Shown here: piece by piece, positions 27,379 to 37,397 of the stretch | Layout: the number at the start of each line of letters is the position of its first letter | Numbering within the stretch: position 1 is the stretch's first letter | Source: a virus | Lineage: Duplodnaviria; Caudoviricetes | Virus record (IMG/VR): IMGVR_UViG_3300011164_000019 | Span: 1-64,000 of that record | DNA length: 64,000 nucleotides | Strand: one strand, 5' to 3' | Made by a program: the position numbers and the translations under genes | Notes under the pieces: model-generated | Told to the model about the DNA's origin: nothing | Seen by the model: the letters and a program-made list of their open reading frames with translations, nothing else | The model's database searches: none

Positions 27379-27504
27379 TGGTTTGGTAAATCGGGATCGA
27401 ATCAGTCAGTACTAGGTTCGTACCCAAATTATAAAATTCGCCAAAATCCGAGGACCGATTTCGCCAATCAACTTTTCTTCCGTACACTTCTCCTCATTCC
27501 AATT

Positions 27505-27532
27505 TTGTCTTTAAGTTCCAACTCCATACTAT
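27505..27532 (+). promoter_or_regulatory. Candidate sigma70-like late promoter for the terminase operon
   Basis: TTGTCT-N16-TACTAT. Confidence 0.45.
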
Positions 27533-27564
27533 GTTCACCCTATATGGTGAATAGGGGTTCCTTC

Positions 27565-28257
27565 ATGTCCGCACTTACTCTTGAACAGTTCCAGCGTGCT
27601 CTTCCCGATAAGGTGAAGAAGTCCGTCAACCAGGAGTTGGTTGATTCGATCAACAAGACCATTGGCGATCCTGATCTGCATGAAGCCTATCGGGACAACT
27701 TGCTCAGCTATACCAAGGTCATGGCTGATGGTCGGTTCAAGATTCAGAACTACATCGATGCAGTGAAGTACGTCAGCCACAAGCTGTTGGGCTGTTCGAA
27801 CATCGATGCGTACATGAAGACTTTCCCGGACAAGTACAACCGCTTTGTTCAGCAGGGTGTAACGGCCAAGGACATTGCCAGTTACGTGACTGCGTACAAC
27901 AAGTCCAAGTTGGTGAACCTGATCTTCGAACAAACACTGGTGCCGCACTATGTGCTGAACCAGGACTTGTATCAGAAGGCATTGAACGTCCAGGCCGAAC
28001 TGATGGTGAGTGCCAATAGCGAGAAGGTTCGTTGTGATGCGGCCAACTCTCTGCTCACTCACCTGAAGATGCCGGAGACCCAGAAGGTCGAGCTGGAGAT
28101 CGGCATGAAGGAGGACAGCTCCATCCAGGCTCTGCGTGAGACCACCCTGGCTCTCGCTCGCCAGCAGAGGCTGATGCTGGAGGCCGGGGCCATGAATGCG
28201 CAGGAGGTGGCCCATAGCCGCCTGGCCATCGAAGTGGAAGGGGAGCGCCTGCAATGA
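27565..28257 (+). CDS. Terminase small subunit (N4 gp69-like)
   Basis: Position before terL; YIDAVKYVS, YNKSKLV, SEKVRCDAANSLLTHLK. Confidence 0.75.
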   Translation: MSALTLEQFQRALPDKVKKSVNQELVDSINKTIGDPDLHEAYRDNLLSYTKVMADGRFKIQNYIDAVKYVSHKLLGCSNIDAYMKTFPDKYNRFVQQGVTAKDIASYVTAYNKSKLVNLIFEQTLVPHYVLNQDLYQKALNVQAELMVSANSEKVRCDAANSLLTHLKMPETQKVELEIGMKEDSSIQALRETTLALARQQRLMLEAGAMNAQEVAHSRLAIEVEGERLQ

Positions 28258-28490
28258 CCGAGCAGATTGCTATTGCTTTGCTGGGGGTGTCGGCCATCTG
28301 GCTGAGTCAGGACACTTCCCTGGGGCGTAGGCGCTGGGCGTCGATTCTTGGTCTGCTGGGTCAGCCTTTCTGGTTCTACTCGTCCTACCAGGCCGAGCAG
28401 TGGGGCATCTTCCTGCTCTGCTTCTTCTACACGCTGGCGTGGGCCAAGGGCGTGCGTACCCACTGGTTCAGCAAGGCTGGTGCCGCATGA
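28254..28490 (+). CDS. Small multi-pass membrane protein between terS and terL
   Basis: Hydrophobic Trp-rich ORF; ATGA overlaps at both ends. Confidence 0.7.
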   Translation: MTEQIAIALLGVSAIWLSQDTSLGRRRWASILGLLGQPFWFYSSYQAEQWGIFLLCFFYTLAWAKGVRTHWFSKAGAA

Positions 28491-30157
28491 CCATGAACAA
28501 GCTGGCTTCCGCTGTTGCCGGTGTGGTCATGGGCGTGACCGGGGCTGTTGCTGCCGATCCGGTGGCTGAGGCCCTGGCGCCCTGGAAGGTGGAGCAGTAC
28601 CTGGCTGCCACTGACTACACTGTCGATCCGAGCTATGTGCCGAGCGACTTCGCCCTGGAGTTCGTGACCTTCATCAAGCTGGTGAACGGGGCGCAGGGCG
28701 AGGAGAACAAGACGCCCCTGGTGCATTACAAGATGCTCGACACGCTGACCCAACGGGGCCGGCGCGTGATCAACCTGTGTCACCGGGGTATCGCCAAGAC
28801 CACCGTGATGGGCGAGTACCTGTTCCTGTACATCGCCACCTATGGCGAGCTGCCCAACTTCGGGCGGGTGGACCTGGCCCTCTACGTGTCGGACTCGATC
28901 GAGAACGGCGTGAAGAACATGCGCAAGAACCTGGAGTTCCGCTGGGAGAACTCCGACTTCTTGAAGCAATACGTCCCCTCGATCCACTTCACTGACATTC
29001 GCTGGGAGTTCCGCAACGCGGACGGGAAGATCTTCATCGTCAAGGGCTACGGTGCCAAGACCGGCGTCCGGGGTGCGAAGGAGATGGGTAAGCGCCCCCA
29101 GCTGGCGGTGCTCGATGACCTGATCTCGGACGAAGATGCCCGGTCGGCGACGGTGATCGCAGCGGTAGAGGACACGGTGTACAAGGCGGTCAACTATGCC
29201 TTGCACCCGTCGAAGAACATCATCGTCTGGTCAGGTACACCCTTCAACGCGAAGGACCCACTGTACAAGGCAGTGGAGTCGGGGGCGTGGGCGGTCAACG
29301 TGTTCCCGGTGTGCGAGCAGTTCCCCTGCTCGAAGGAAGAGTTCCGGGGCAGCTGGCCGGATCGCTTCACCTACGAGTACGTGAAGGAGCAGTACGAGAA
29401 CGCGGTCAAGCTGGGGAAGGTGGACACCTTCAACCAGGAACTGATGCTGCGGATCATGTCGGACGAGGACCGGCTGATCCAGGACCACGACATTGGCTGG
29501 TACAAGGTCGATGCCGTCCTGCGCAACATGGGCCGGTTCAACTTCTACATCACCACCGACTTTGCCACCAGCGAGAAGCAGAAAAGTGACTACTCGGTTA
29601 TCAGTGTATGGGCCTACAACAATGCCGGTGACTGGCTGTGGGTGGACGGGGTATGCAAAAGGCAAGACATGGCGATGAACGTCGATGATCTGTTCAGGCT
29701 GGGTCAGCGGTATCGACCTCAGCAGGTGGGCATCGAGGTGTCCGGTCAGCAGCAGGGCTTCGTCTCCTGGATTCAGGGCGAGATGCTGAATCGCAACATC
29801 TTCTTCCCGCTGGCTTCCGAAGGTAACGACTCCAAGCCGGGTATCCGTCCGAACACCAACAAGCTGGTCCGCTTCAACACCGTGGTGCCGTTGTTCAAGG
29901 CCCGCAAGATCTTCTTCCCGATTGAGAAGAAGAAGAGTGCCGAAATGGTCGAGGCCATGAACGAGCTGGAGCTGGCGACCCCTGGCGGCTTCAAGAGCAA
30001 GCACGACGACTTCATCGACACCATCTCCATGCTGGCTTCGCTGCATGCGTGGAAGCCTTCCGAGGAAGCAGGCATGTACCAGAACGAAAGCTCGGGTATG
30101 TGGGAAGCAGACGACGAAGACCAGTACAACGACCGCATGTCTTCCTACATTGTCTGA
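28487..30157 (+). CDS. Terminase large subunit
   Basis: CHRGIAKTT, LAVLDD, SGTPF, TTDFATS, HDDFIDTISML; exact start uncertain. Confidence 0.95.
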   Translation: MTMNKLASAVAGVVMGVTGAVAADPVAEALAPWKVEQYLAATDYTVDPSYVPSDFALEFVTFIKLVNGAQGEENKTPLVHYKMLDTLTQRGRRVINLCHRGIAKTTVMGEYLFLYIATYGELPNFGRVDLALYVSDSIENGVKNMRKNLEFRWENSDFLKQYVPSIHFTDIRWEFRNADGKIFIVKGYGAKTGVRGAKEMGKRPQLAVLDDLISDEDARSATVIAAVEDTVYKAVNYALHPSKNIIVWSGTPFNAKDPLYKAVESGAWAVNVFPVCEQFPCSKEEFRGSWPDRFTYEYVKEQYENAVKLGKVDTFNQELMLRIMSDEDRLIQDHDIGWYKVDAVLRNMGRFNFYITTDFATSEKQKSDYSVISVWAYNNAGDWLWVDGVCKRQDMAMNVDDLFRLGQRYRPQQVGIEVSGQQQGFVSWIQGEMLNRNIFFPLASEGNDSKPGIRPNTNKLVRFNTVVPLFKARKIFFPIEKKKSAEMVEAMNELELATPGGFKSKHDDFIDTISMLASLHAWKPSEEAGMYQNESSGMWEADDEDQYNDRMSSYIV

Positions 30158-30166
30158 GGAATCCCT

Positions 30167-30889
30167 ATGAAACTGAGCGAGATCTTCCAAGCCCTGACCT
30201 ACGGCGAGCTTCGCCAGCTGAACATCGGCGGTGCCGAGGCCAGTGGCATCACCAAGGAAAACCAGAACGAGATCCTGACCCATGTGAACCTGGGCCTGAC
30301 CGAACTGCACAAACGGTTCCTGCTGCGCGAGGGCCGGGTGACCCTGCAGCTGCTGCCAGGCGTGCGGACCTACACAGTCAGCAAGAAGCACGCCCAGAGC
30401 AACCGGGAGTCGTGGGGCGTCGAGAAGTACATACTGGATTCCATGGCTCAGCCCTTCGAGGACGATCTGCTGAAGATCGAACGGGTGTACGACGCCAAGG
30501 GCCAGGAGCTGGGACTGAATGCCGGTGAGGGCTACGGCCACCCACTCAACGTGCGAACCGTCAGCATGAACACGCTGGTACTGCCGGAGCTGTTGAAGGG
30601 TGACACAGTGGACGTGGTGTACCGGGCGAACCATCCTCAACTCATCCGCGAGGACAACTCGTTCGACCCGACCGAGATCGAGGTGGATCTGCCGTACAGC
30701 CACCTGGAGGCGTTGCTGTTCTACGTGGCCAGCCGGGTGATGAACCCGATCGGTGCCGGTGGCGGATTCCACGAGGGGAACAACTACGCCGCGAAATTCG
30801 AGGCAGCCTGTGCGCTGCTGGATAACCAGGGGCTTCGCCTGGATGTGGGGGAGGGCAACACGCGGTTGCAGCGTAACGGCTGGGTGTAA
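30167..30889 (+). CDS. Virion protein, probable head-tail adaptor (N4 gp67-like)
   Basis: NLGLTELHKRF, LEALLFYVASRV; synteny. Confidence 0.7.
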   Translation: MKLSEIFQALTYGELRQLNIGGAEASGITKENQNEILTHVNLGLTELHKRFLLREGRVTLQLLPGVRTYTVSKKHAQSNRESWGVEKYILDSMAQPFEDDLLKIERVYDAKGQELGLNAGEGYGHPLNVRTVSMNTLVLPELLKGDTVDVVYRANHPQLIREDNSFDPTEIEVDLPYSHLEALLFYVASRVMNPIGAGGGFHEGNNYAAKFEAACALLDNQGLRLDVGEGNTRLQRNGWV

Positions 30890-30892
30890 AAG

Positions 30893-30919
30893 AAAAGGCC
30901 CCTTGATTGGGGCCTTGTT
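30893..30919. terminator. Bidirectional terminator
   Basis: AAGGCCCC-ttgatt-GGGGCCTT between convergent genes. Confidence 0.8.
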
Positions 30920-30972
30920 CTGTCAGTAGTCCTCTCATCCATCGGAGAGGCTTTCACCAAAGCCTACTTCTT

Positions 30973-31317
30973 TCATGCTGGGTCCCATTGCTCTTCCTGC
31001 TGACGCAGGGCGTACAGCTTGTTGAGGATGGCTTCCAGGCTCTCGATGGCGTCATCGGTGCTCAGGAACTCAGTGTCGAACATGGCCGCACTGTAGTTTC
31101 GGGATGGGTCAGCCATGAGGAACACAGCACGCCGGGGATCGGCGTACTGCTCGTGGGCTTCGGTCAACATGACCATTGCATGTTCAACGATGTTGCTGAC
31201 GACTGGACACTTCCGTGGGTCATAGGGCTGGGCATCCGTGCCTAGGGTAGTCCGCTCTTTGAGGACTTTGCGTCTGAAGTCCACACGGAAGAGTTCACAC
31301 GTCATCTCGCACCTCAC
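30973..31317 (-). CDS. Hypothetical protein
   Basis: Overlaps the dut stop codon. Confidence 0.65.
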   Translation of the reverse strand: MRCEMTCELFRVDFRRKVLKERTTLGTDAQPYDPRKCPVVSNIVEHAMVMLTEAHEQYADPRRAVFLMADPSRNYSAAMFDTEFLSTDDAIESLEAILNKLYALRQQEEQWDPA

Positions 31318-31742
31318 TTACCGGTAGAGCCAAGGCCACCGGTGCCACGGGAAGTTTCGGACAGTTCGTCCACAACATTGAATTCAACTTGCGTCACCGG
31401 AACGATCAGCATCTGGATAAGACGAGCGTGGGTATCCCAGGCAAATGGAGCAGCGTTCTTGGATCTCAGGGTTGCAAACCAAGGCCCTCGATAATCAGCA
31501 TCAATCACCCCACAGGTATTGTTGAGTTCCACTCCCATCTTGCTGCCAACACCGGAACGAGGAAGAAGGAGTGCAACGTGTCCAGCTGGAATTTCTGCAG
31601 CAAAACCTAGGTTGACCTTTACTTCTTCATTTAGACCTCCTTTGTAATAACCAGCTTCAGGCATGTAGAGGTCATAAGCGCCCGCTTGATCAGTTCCCTT
31701 GGTTGGAACTTTGAAGTTGGGGTGCAGAGGTTGGATATTCAT
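31314..31742 (-). CDS. dut: dUTPase (trimeric)
   Basis: AGAYDL, PRSG, GVIDADYRG, RGTGGLGSTG. Confidence 0.95.
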   Translation of the reverse strand: MNIQPLHPNFKVPTKGTDQAGAYDLYMPEAGYYKGGLNEEVKVNLGFAAEIPAGHVALLLPRSGVGSKMGVELNNTCGVIDADYRGPWFATLRSKNAAPFAWDTHARLIQMLIVPVTQVEFNVVDELSETSRGTGGLGSTGK

Positions 31743-31807
31743 TTCAGGTACTCCAGTAGTTTGTTGTTAAGATGCCGGCATTGTATCTACCACCCTCGGG
31801 ATTTGAT

Positions 31808-33952
31808 ATGGCCGACAATTTGGTGGCAGCAACTGCCACAGTTAAAAAGCTCACGAAGTGGGCCAAAGAACCTTCTATCCTTGATTTGAAGCAGGACTAT
31901 CAGGAAGCCAAGAGCTACCACGACGCCAAGACTTCCCAGATCAGCGAATGGCTGGATAACTTGAATGTTACCGGCAAGGCTCAGGTCAAGACTCCGGAAG
32001 GCAGTTCCAGGATTGTTCCCAAGCTCATTCGCAAACAAGCCGAGTGGCGGTATCCCGCACTCAGCGAGCCTTTCCTAAGTACCGACGATGTGTTCAGTGT
32101 TCGTCCGGTAAGTTGGGAAGACAAGAAGGCTGCACAACAGAATCAGTTGATTCTGAACAACCAGTTCAATACGCGGATCGACAAGGTTTCCTTTGTCGAC
32201 GAATACGTGCGGGCTGCAGTTGACGAAGGCACCGTTATTCTCCGAACCGGCTGGGCCTTCGAAGAAGAGGAGTACACCGCGATCGTTCCGGACGTGGAGT
32301 ATGTCTTCAACGACCAGGCTGCACCGATGATGCAACATCTGGATCAGATGGCACAGGAAGCCCCTGATCAGTATGAGCAAGAAGTTGAGCCTGAATTGAA
32401 ACAGGCCCATCAGTTGTATCAACAACATGGGCGTCCTGTTGAAGCACTGGTGAAAGGGCACAAGCCAGTCAAGAAGACTCGGGTAATCAAGAACCATCCG
32501 ACTGTCGAAGTGTGCGACTACCGCAACGTCATGATCGACCCAACCTGTCAGGGCGATATCGACAAGGCGAGCTTCGTCATCTACTCGTTTGAATCTTCCC
32601 TGGCTCAGTTGAAGAAAGAAGGCGATCGGTACAAGAACCTGGACCAGATCAACGTCACCGCCAACTCGATCCTCGGGGAACCCGACCATGCACCGGCCAA
32701 CGAACACTCAAAGAATTTCAACTTCAGTGACGAAGCCCGTAAGAAGTTTGTTGTATATGAGTATTGGGGATTTTGGGATATTGATGGTTCTGGGGTTGTA
32801 CGTCCTATCGTGGCTTCTTGGGTAGGCGATACCCTCATCCGAATGGAAGACAATCCGTTCCCGGATCAGAAACTTCCCTTCGTTGTGGTTCCGTATTTGC
32901 CGGTGCGCAAGAGTATCTACGGTGAACCGGATGGCTCACTGCTGGAAGATAACCAGAAGATCATCGGTGCCGTCACTCGCGGGATGATCGACATTCTCGG
33001 CAAGAGTGCCAACGGTCAGACCGGCATGCGCAAGGACATGCTCGATGTAACCAACCGTCGCAAGTATGAGAAGGGTCAGGACTACGAGTTCAATGCCAGC
33101 GTAGATCCTCGCCAGGGTGTGTTCATGCACACCTTCCCGGAGATCCCGGCCAGTGCCCAGTTCATGCTCCAGCTGCAGAACTTCGAGGCTGAGTCCCTGA
33201 CTGGGGTGAAGGCATTCAACCAGGGGATCTCAGGTGCATCGCTGGGTGAAGTGGCAGCTGGTATCCGAGGAGCCTTGGATGCTGCCTCCAAGCGTGAGCT
33301 GGCGATCCTGCGTCGACTGGCCAACGGCATGATCAAGGTGGCCCGCAAGTTCATTTCGATGAACGCCGTCTGGCTCTCGGAGCAGGAGGTGGTGCGGATC
33401 ACCGAGGAAGATTTCGTCGAGATCCGACGTGATGACCTGGCTGGCAACTTCGACCTGCGTCTGAACATCACCACGGCTGAGGACGACAACGCCAAGGCAC
33501 AGGAACTGGCCTTCATGCTGCAGACCATGGGCAACAACATGGACCCTGCGATGAGCCGAATGATCCTGGCCGACATTGCTCGCCTGCGGAAGATGCCTGA
33601 CCTGGCCAAGCAGATCGAGGAGTACCAGCCTCAACCTGACCCAATTCAGCAGCGTATTCAGGAACTTGAACTGGCGAAGTTGGAAGCCGAGGTCATGGAA
33701 CTTCAGGCCAAGGCCATGAAGTTGCAGGCGGACGCTCAACTGGCTGATGCCAAGATCGGAACGGAAGGGGCCAAGACTGCCAACTTGAATAGTGATACCG
33801 ACCAGAAGAACCTGGACTTTGTTGAGCAAGAGTCCGGTGTAAAACAGGAACGGGATCTACAGAAACAAGGTGAACAGGCCAGAGCACAGTTGCAATTGAA
33901 GGTGGTGGATAACCACATGAAAGAGCGACAGAAGAAGGCACAGGCAAAGTAA
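31808..33952 (+). CDS. Portal protein (N4 gp59-like)
   Basis: IVPKLIRKQAEWRYPALSEPF; size and synteny. Confidence 0.92.
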   Translation: MADNLVAATATVKKLTKWAKEPSILDLKQDYQEAKSYHDAKTSQISEWLDNLNVTGKAQVKTPEGSSRIVPKLIRKQAEWRYPALSEPFLSTDDVFSVRPVSWEDKKAAQQNQLILNNQFNTRIDKVSFVDEYVRAAVDEGTVILRTGWAFEEEEYTAIVPDVEYVFNDQAAPMMQHLDQMAQEAPDQYEQEVEPELKQAHQLYQQHGRPVEALVKGHKPVKKTRVIKNHPTVEVCDYRNVMIDPTCQGDIDKASFVIYSFESSLAQLKKEGDRYKNLDQINVTANSILGEPDHAPANEHSKNFNFSDEARKKFVVYEYWGFWDIDGSGVVRPIVASWVGDTLIRMEDNPFPDQKLPFVVVPYLPVRKSIYGEPDGSLLEDNQKIIGAVTRGMIDILGKSANGQTGMRKDMLDVTNRRKYEKGQDYEFNASVDPRQGVFMHTFPEIPASAQFMLQLQNFEAESLTGVKAFNQGISGASLGEVAAGIRGALDAASKRELAILRRLANGMIKVARKFISMNAVWLSEQEVVRITEEDFVEIRRDDLAGNFDLRLNITTAEDDNAKAQELAFMLQTMGNNMDPAMSRMILADIARLRKMPDLAKQIEEYQPQPDPIQQRIQELELAKLEAEVMELQAKAMKLQADAQLADAKIGTEGAKTANLNSDTDQKNLDFVEQESGVKQERDLQKQGEQARAQLQLKVVDNHMKERQKKAQAK

Positions 33953-33960
33953 TAGTTGAT

Positions 33961-33991
33961 AAGGCACCACACTCGTGGTGCCTTTCTATTT
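33961..33991 (+). terminator. Terminator after portal
   Basis: AAGGCACCAC-actc-GTGGTGCCTT then T-rich run. Confidence 0.75.
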
Positions 33992-34051
33992 GATTTGTAT
34001 TATGTTCCGCACCGTTTAATCCCTATTAACTACTACAGCACTGGTAGAGAT

Positions 34052-34396
34052 ATGTCCCTAAGTCACATTGAACAACTCGACGCGGCCATCCACGCCAATC
34101 GAAAAACCGTAGAGCGTGGTAAAGCACTGGCCCGTCTGTTGGTTAACAAGGACTTCAAGGAAGTAATCAAGGACGGCTACTTCGAGAAAGAAGCCATTCG
34201 TCTTGTGCATCTTCGGTCTGACCCGAACATGCAAACTCCTGAGAAACAGGACTCCATCATCAAACAGATGGACGCCATTGCTGCGCTGAGTGAGTACTTG
34301 CGTGTGCAAGAACATCTCTGCGAACAAGCCGCCAAACAACTCGAAGCGGACGAAGAGTTCCGCGCCGAACTCGCTCAAGAGGAAGTTGAAGTATGA
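34052..34396 (+). CDS. Conserved N4 gp58-like protein
   Basis: ALARLLVNKDFKEVIKDGYF; synteny. Confidence 0.75.
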   Translation: MSLSHIEQLDAAIHANRKTVERGKALARLLVNKDFKEVIKDGYFEKEAIRLVHLRSDPNMQTPEKQDSIIKQMDAIAALSEYLRVQEHLCEQAAKQLEADEEFRAELAQEEVEV

Positions 34397-35565
34397 GTGT
34401 TGTCGATCAAGTGAAAGACGAAGACCTGGACCTCGACCAGGAACAAGAGCAGGAAGAGCTGAACTCCGACGTTCTCGATATGAGCGACGAAGAGTTCGCC
34501 AAGCTGGATCTGAGCGCTGTTGCCCAGCCCCAAGCTCCGGTGGAAGAACCGGCTGCTGCTCCTGTTACCGAGGAAGAAGAAGATGACCAGGGCACTGAAC
34601 AAGAAGCCAAGCCTGAACCGGACACCAAGACCGACGAAGAAGAGCCGGTCAGCGGCAAGGAACCCGAAGTTCCTGCAGACAAGCCAGAAGAAACCAAGGA
34701 CAAACCGGCATCAGATGAACCGGTACAACCGGTCGATCACAAAGCAATCGTCGATAAGCTATTCGCTCCATTCAAGGCGAACGGCAAAGAGATGGCAGTC
34801 GATAATGTCGACGATGCAGTTGCTCTTATGCAGATGGGCGCCAATTACAATAAGAAGATGGCTGCTCTGAAACCCAATTTGAAATTGCTCAAACTTCTGG
34901 AGAACAATAATCTCCTGAGTGAAGAGAAACTTAGCTTTCTGATTGATCTGGACAAGAAGAACCCAGCCGCAATCAGTAAGTTGCTCAAGGACAGTGGTAT
35001 TGATCCACTGGATGTAGACGTAGAGAAAGCGAACGAGTACGCACCCAAACCTTACACTGTTGATGAGCGTGAGATTGAACTGGACACGGTGCTGGAAGAA
35101 ATCCAGGACACACCGGTGTATGCCAAGACAGTCAACGTCGTTAGCAACAAGTGGGATGCTGCCAGTAAACAAGTGATTGCGGACACTCCCCAACTGCTCC
35201 GCGTTATTAACGACCACATGGCCAGTGGCGTTTTTGACGTGATCAGCAGCGAGATTGAACGCGAACGCATGTTTGGACGCTTGAAAGGTTTGTCGGATAT
35301 TGAGGCCTATCGCCAAGTTGGTGACAGCATCCAAGCTCGTAATGGTTTCGCCCACTTGTTCAAACAACAAGCACCGGTCGAACCAGCACCAGTGAAAGAG
35401 CCAGTCCCAGTTGTAGAGAAAGCCCCGGAACCCGACCTACGTGACAAGAAGCGAGCTGCCAGCTCACCGAAACCAGCGGCTCCAGTCGCCAAGCAGCCTG
35501 AGTTCAATCCTCTGGCTCTCAGCGATGAAGAGTTCGCCAAGTTGGTTAATCCCAAATTCATGTAA
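34393..35565 (+). CDS. Acidic N4 gp57-like protein (probable scaffold)
   Basis: FKANGKE, LMQMGANY; directly upstream of MCP. Confidence 0.8.
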   Translation: MSVVDQVKDEDLDLDQEQEQEELNSDVLDMSDEEFAKLDLSAVAQPQAPVEEPAAAPVTEEEEDDQGTEQEAKPEPDTKTDEEEPVSGKEPEVPADKPEETKDKPASDEPVQPVDHKAIVDKLFAPFKANGKEMAVDNVDDAVALMQMGANYNKKMAALKPNLKLLKLLENNNLLSEEKLSFLIDLDKKNPAAISKLLKDSGIDPLDVDVEKANEYAPKPYTVDEREIELDTVLEEIQDTPVYAKTVNVVSNKWDAASKQVIADTPQLLRVINDHMASGVFDVISSEIERERMFGRLKGLSDIEAYRQVGDSIQARNGFAHLFKQQAPVEPAPVKEPVPVVEKAPEPDLRDKKRAASSPKPAAPVAKQPEFNPLALSDEEFAKLVNPKFM

Positions 35566-35580
35566 CGACGAGGTGTTCTT

Positions 35581-36753
35581 ATGGGTATGCAATACAACGA
35601 TCCGGCAGGTGGTACTCCTTCCTCGGTCGGTAACCAGTTCAACACGTTCCACTACATCAAGCAGGCGCTGATCGAAGCTCGTAAAGAGCAGTACTTCAGC
35701 CAGCTCGCTGATACCACTTCGATGCCCAAGAACATGGGCAAGAAGATCAAGCGTTACCACTACATCCCGCTGCTGGATGACGCGAACATCAACGACCAGG
35801 GCATCGATGCTGCTGGCGTGACCATCGCCAACGGTAACCTGTACGGTTCCAGCAAGGACGTGGGCACCATCACCGACAAGCTGCCTGTGCTCTCCGAGAC
35901 CGGTGGCCGCGTGAACCGTGTCGGCTTCAAGCGCAAGGAACTCGAAGGTTCGTTCGAGAAGTTCGGCTTCTTCGACGAATACACCCAGGAATCCCTGGAC
36001 TTCGATACCGACGCCGAGCTGCTGCAGCACATCAACCGCGAGATGCTCAACGGTGCCAACGAGATCACCGAAGACGCTCTGCAGATCGACCTGCTGAACT
36101 CGGCTGGCGTGATCCGCTATGCCGGTGGTGCGACCCAGAACAGCGAGATCGACGGCACCGATCTGGTTGAGTTCGGCGATCTGATGCGTCTGTCGATCGA
36201 CCTGGACAACAACCGTACGCCGAAGCACACCAAGATGATCACCGGTACTCGCATGGTCGATACCGCCACCATCCAGGGTGCTCGTGTCCTGTACTGCGGC
36301 TCCGAGCTGATCCCGACCCTCAAGGGCATGAAGGATCTGCACGGCAACCCGGCGTTCATCTCCATCGAGAAGTACGCAGCTGGTGGCCAGACCCTGACTG
36401 GCGAGATCGGCACCATCGATCAGTTCCGCATCGTCATCGTGCCGGAAATGCTGAAGTGGGCTGGTGCAGGTGCTGATATCGCAGTGGGTGACGCTTCCCA
36501 CTACGAGACGGGCGGCAAGTACGACGTGTTCCCGATGCTGGTCATCGGTAGTGAGTCCTTCACCACCATCGGCTTCCAAACCGATGGCAAGAGCGTGAAG
36601 TTCAAGATCTACCACAAGAAGCCGGGTGAGCAGACCGCTGACCGCAACGACCCGTACGGCGAGACCGGCTTCATGTCGATCAAGTGGTACTACGGCTTCA
36701 TGGTCCTGCGTCCGGAGCGTATCGGTCTGATCAAGACCGCCGCGAAGATCTAA
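35581..36753 (+). CDS. Major capsid protein (N4 gp56-like)
   Basis: [33 protein letters not shown]. Confidence 0.95.
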   Translation: MGMQYNDPAGGTPSSVGNQFNTFHYIKQALIEARKEQYFSQLADTTSMPKNMGKKIKRYHYIPLLDDANINDQGIDAAGVTIANGNLYGSSKDVGTITDKLPVLSETGGRVNRVGFKRKELEGSFEKFGFFDEYTQESLDFDTDAELLQHINREMLNGANEITEDALQIDLLNSAGVIRYAGGATQNSEIDGTDLVEFGDLMRLSIDLDNNRTPKHTKMITGTRMVDTATIQGARVLYCGSELIPTLKGMKDLHGNPAFISIEKYAAGGQTLTGEIGTIDQFRIVIVPEMLKWAGAGADIAVGDASHYETGGKYDVFPMLVIGSESFTTIGFQTDGKSVKFKIYHKKPGEQTADRNDPYGETGFMSIKWYYGFMVLRPERIGLIKTAAKI

Positions 36754-36769
36754 CCACTGCGGTAACCCA

Positions 36770-36795
36770 GGGGGCAGGCAACTGCCCCCACTTCT
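36770..36795 (+). terminator. Hairpin after MCP
   Basis: GGGGGCAG-gcaa-CTGCCCCC; weak U tract. Confidence 0.6.
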
Positions 36796-36812
36796 TCTGC
36801 TGGAGTTAAGCA

Positions 36813-37376
36813 ATGTCCGATTTCGAACAAGATGATGAACTTCAAGTACCTGATGAGCTGACCACTCTGAAGGCCCGTGCCGATCTGCTTGGTGTCAGCT
36901 ACCACCCCTCCATTGGCGTGGACAAGCTGCGCGAGAAGGTAGCGGCCAAGCTCGCCGAAGGCGAAGCGCCGGTCGCGGACGCTTCGAGCGTAGCGGCTGC
37001 CGAGGAAACGGAAGGTCAACGCCGCAAGCGTCTGCGTGACGAAGCCAGTGCCCTGGTTCGTATCCGCGTCACCTGCATGAACCCGTTCAAGAGCGAATGG
37101 GAAGGCGAGATCATCACGGCGGGTAACCGCTATGCCGGTACTCACAAGAAGTACGTGCCGTTCAATGCCGACGAAGGCTGGCATGTGCCGCGCATCATCT
37201 ACAACCAGCTGGTTCAGCGTCAGTGCCAGGTGTTCCACACCGTCACCCTGCCGGGTGGCAAGAAGATCCGTAAAGGCAAGCTGATCAAGGAATTCGCCAT
37301 CGAGGTGCTGCCTCCGCTGACCAAGGAAGAGCTGCATGACCTGGCTCAACGTCAGGCCATGGCTGGCGGCCTGTAA
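36813..37376 (+). CDS. N4 gp55-like protein
   Basis: LVRIRVTCMNP, FAIEVLPPLT. Confidence 0.8.
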   Translation: MSDFEQDDELQVPDELTTLKARADLLGVSYHPSIGVDKLREKVAAKLAEGEAPVADASSVAAAEETEGQRRKRLRDEASALVRIRVTCMNPFKSEWEGEIITAGNRYAGTHKKYVPFNADEGWHVPRIIYNQLVQRQCQVFHTVTLPGGKKIRKGKLIKEFAIEVLPPLTKEELHDLAQRQAMAGGL

Positions 37377-37397
37377 TCCCAGTACCTGGAGCGTCCT

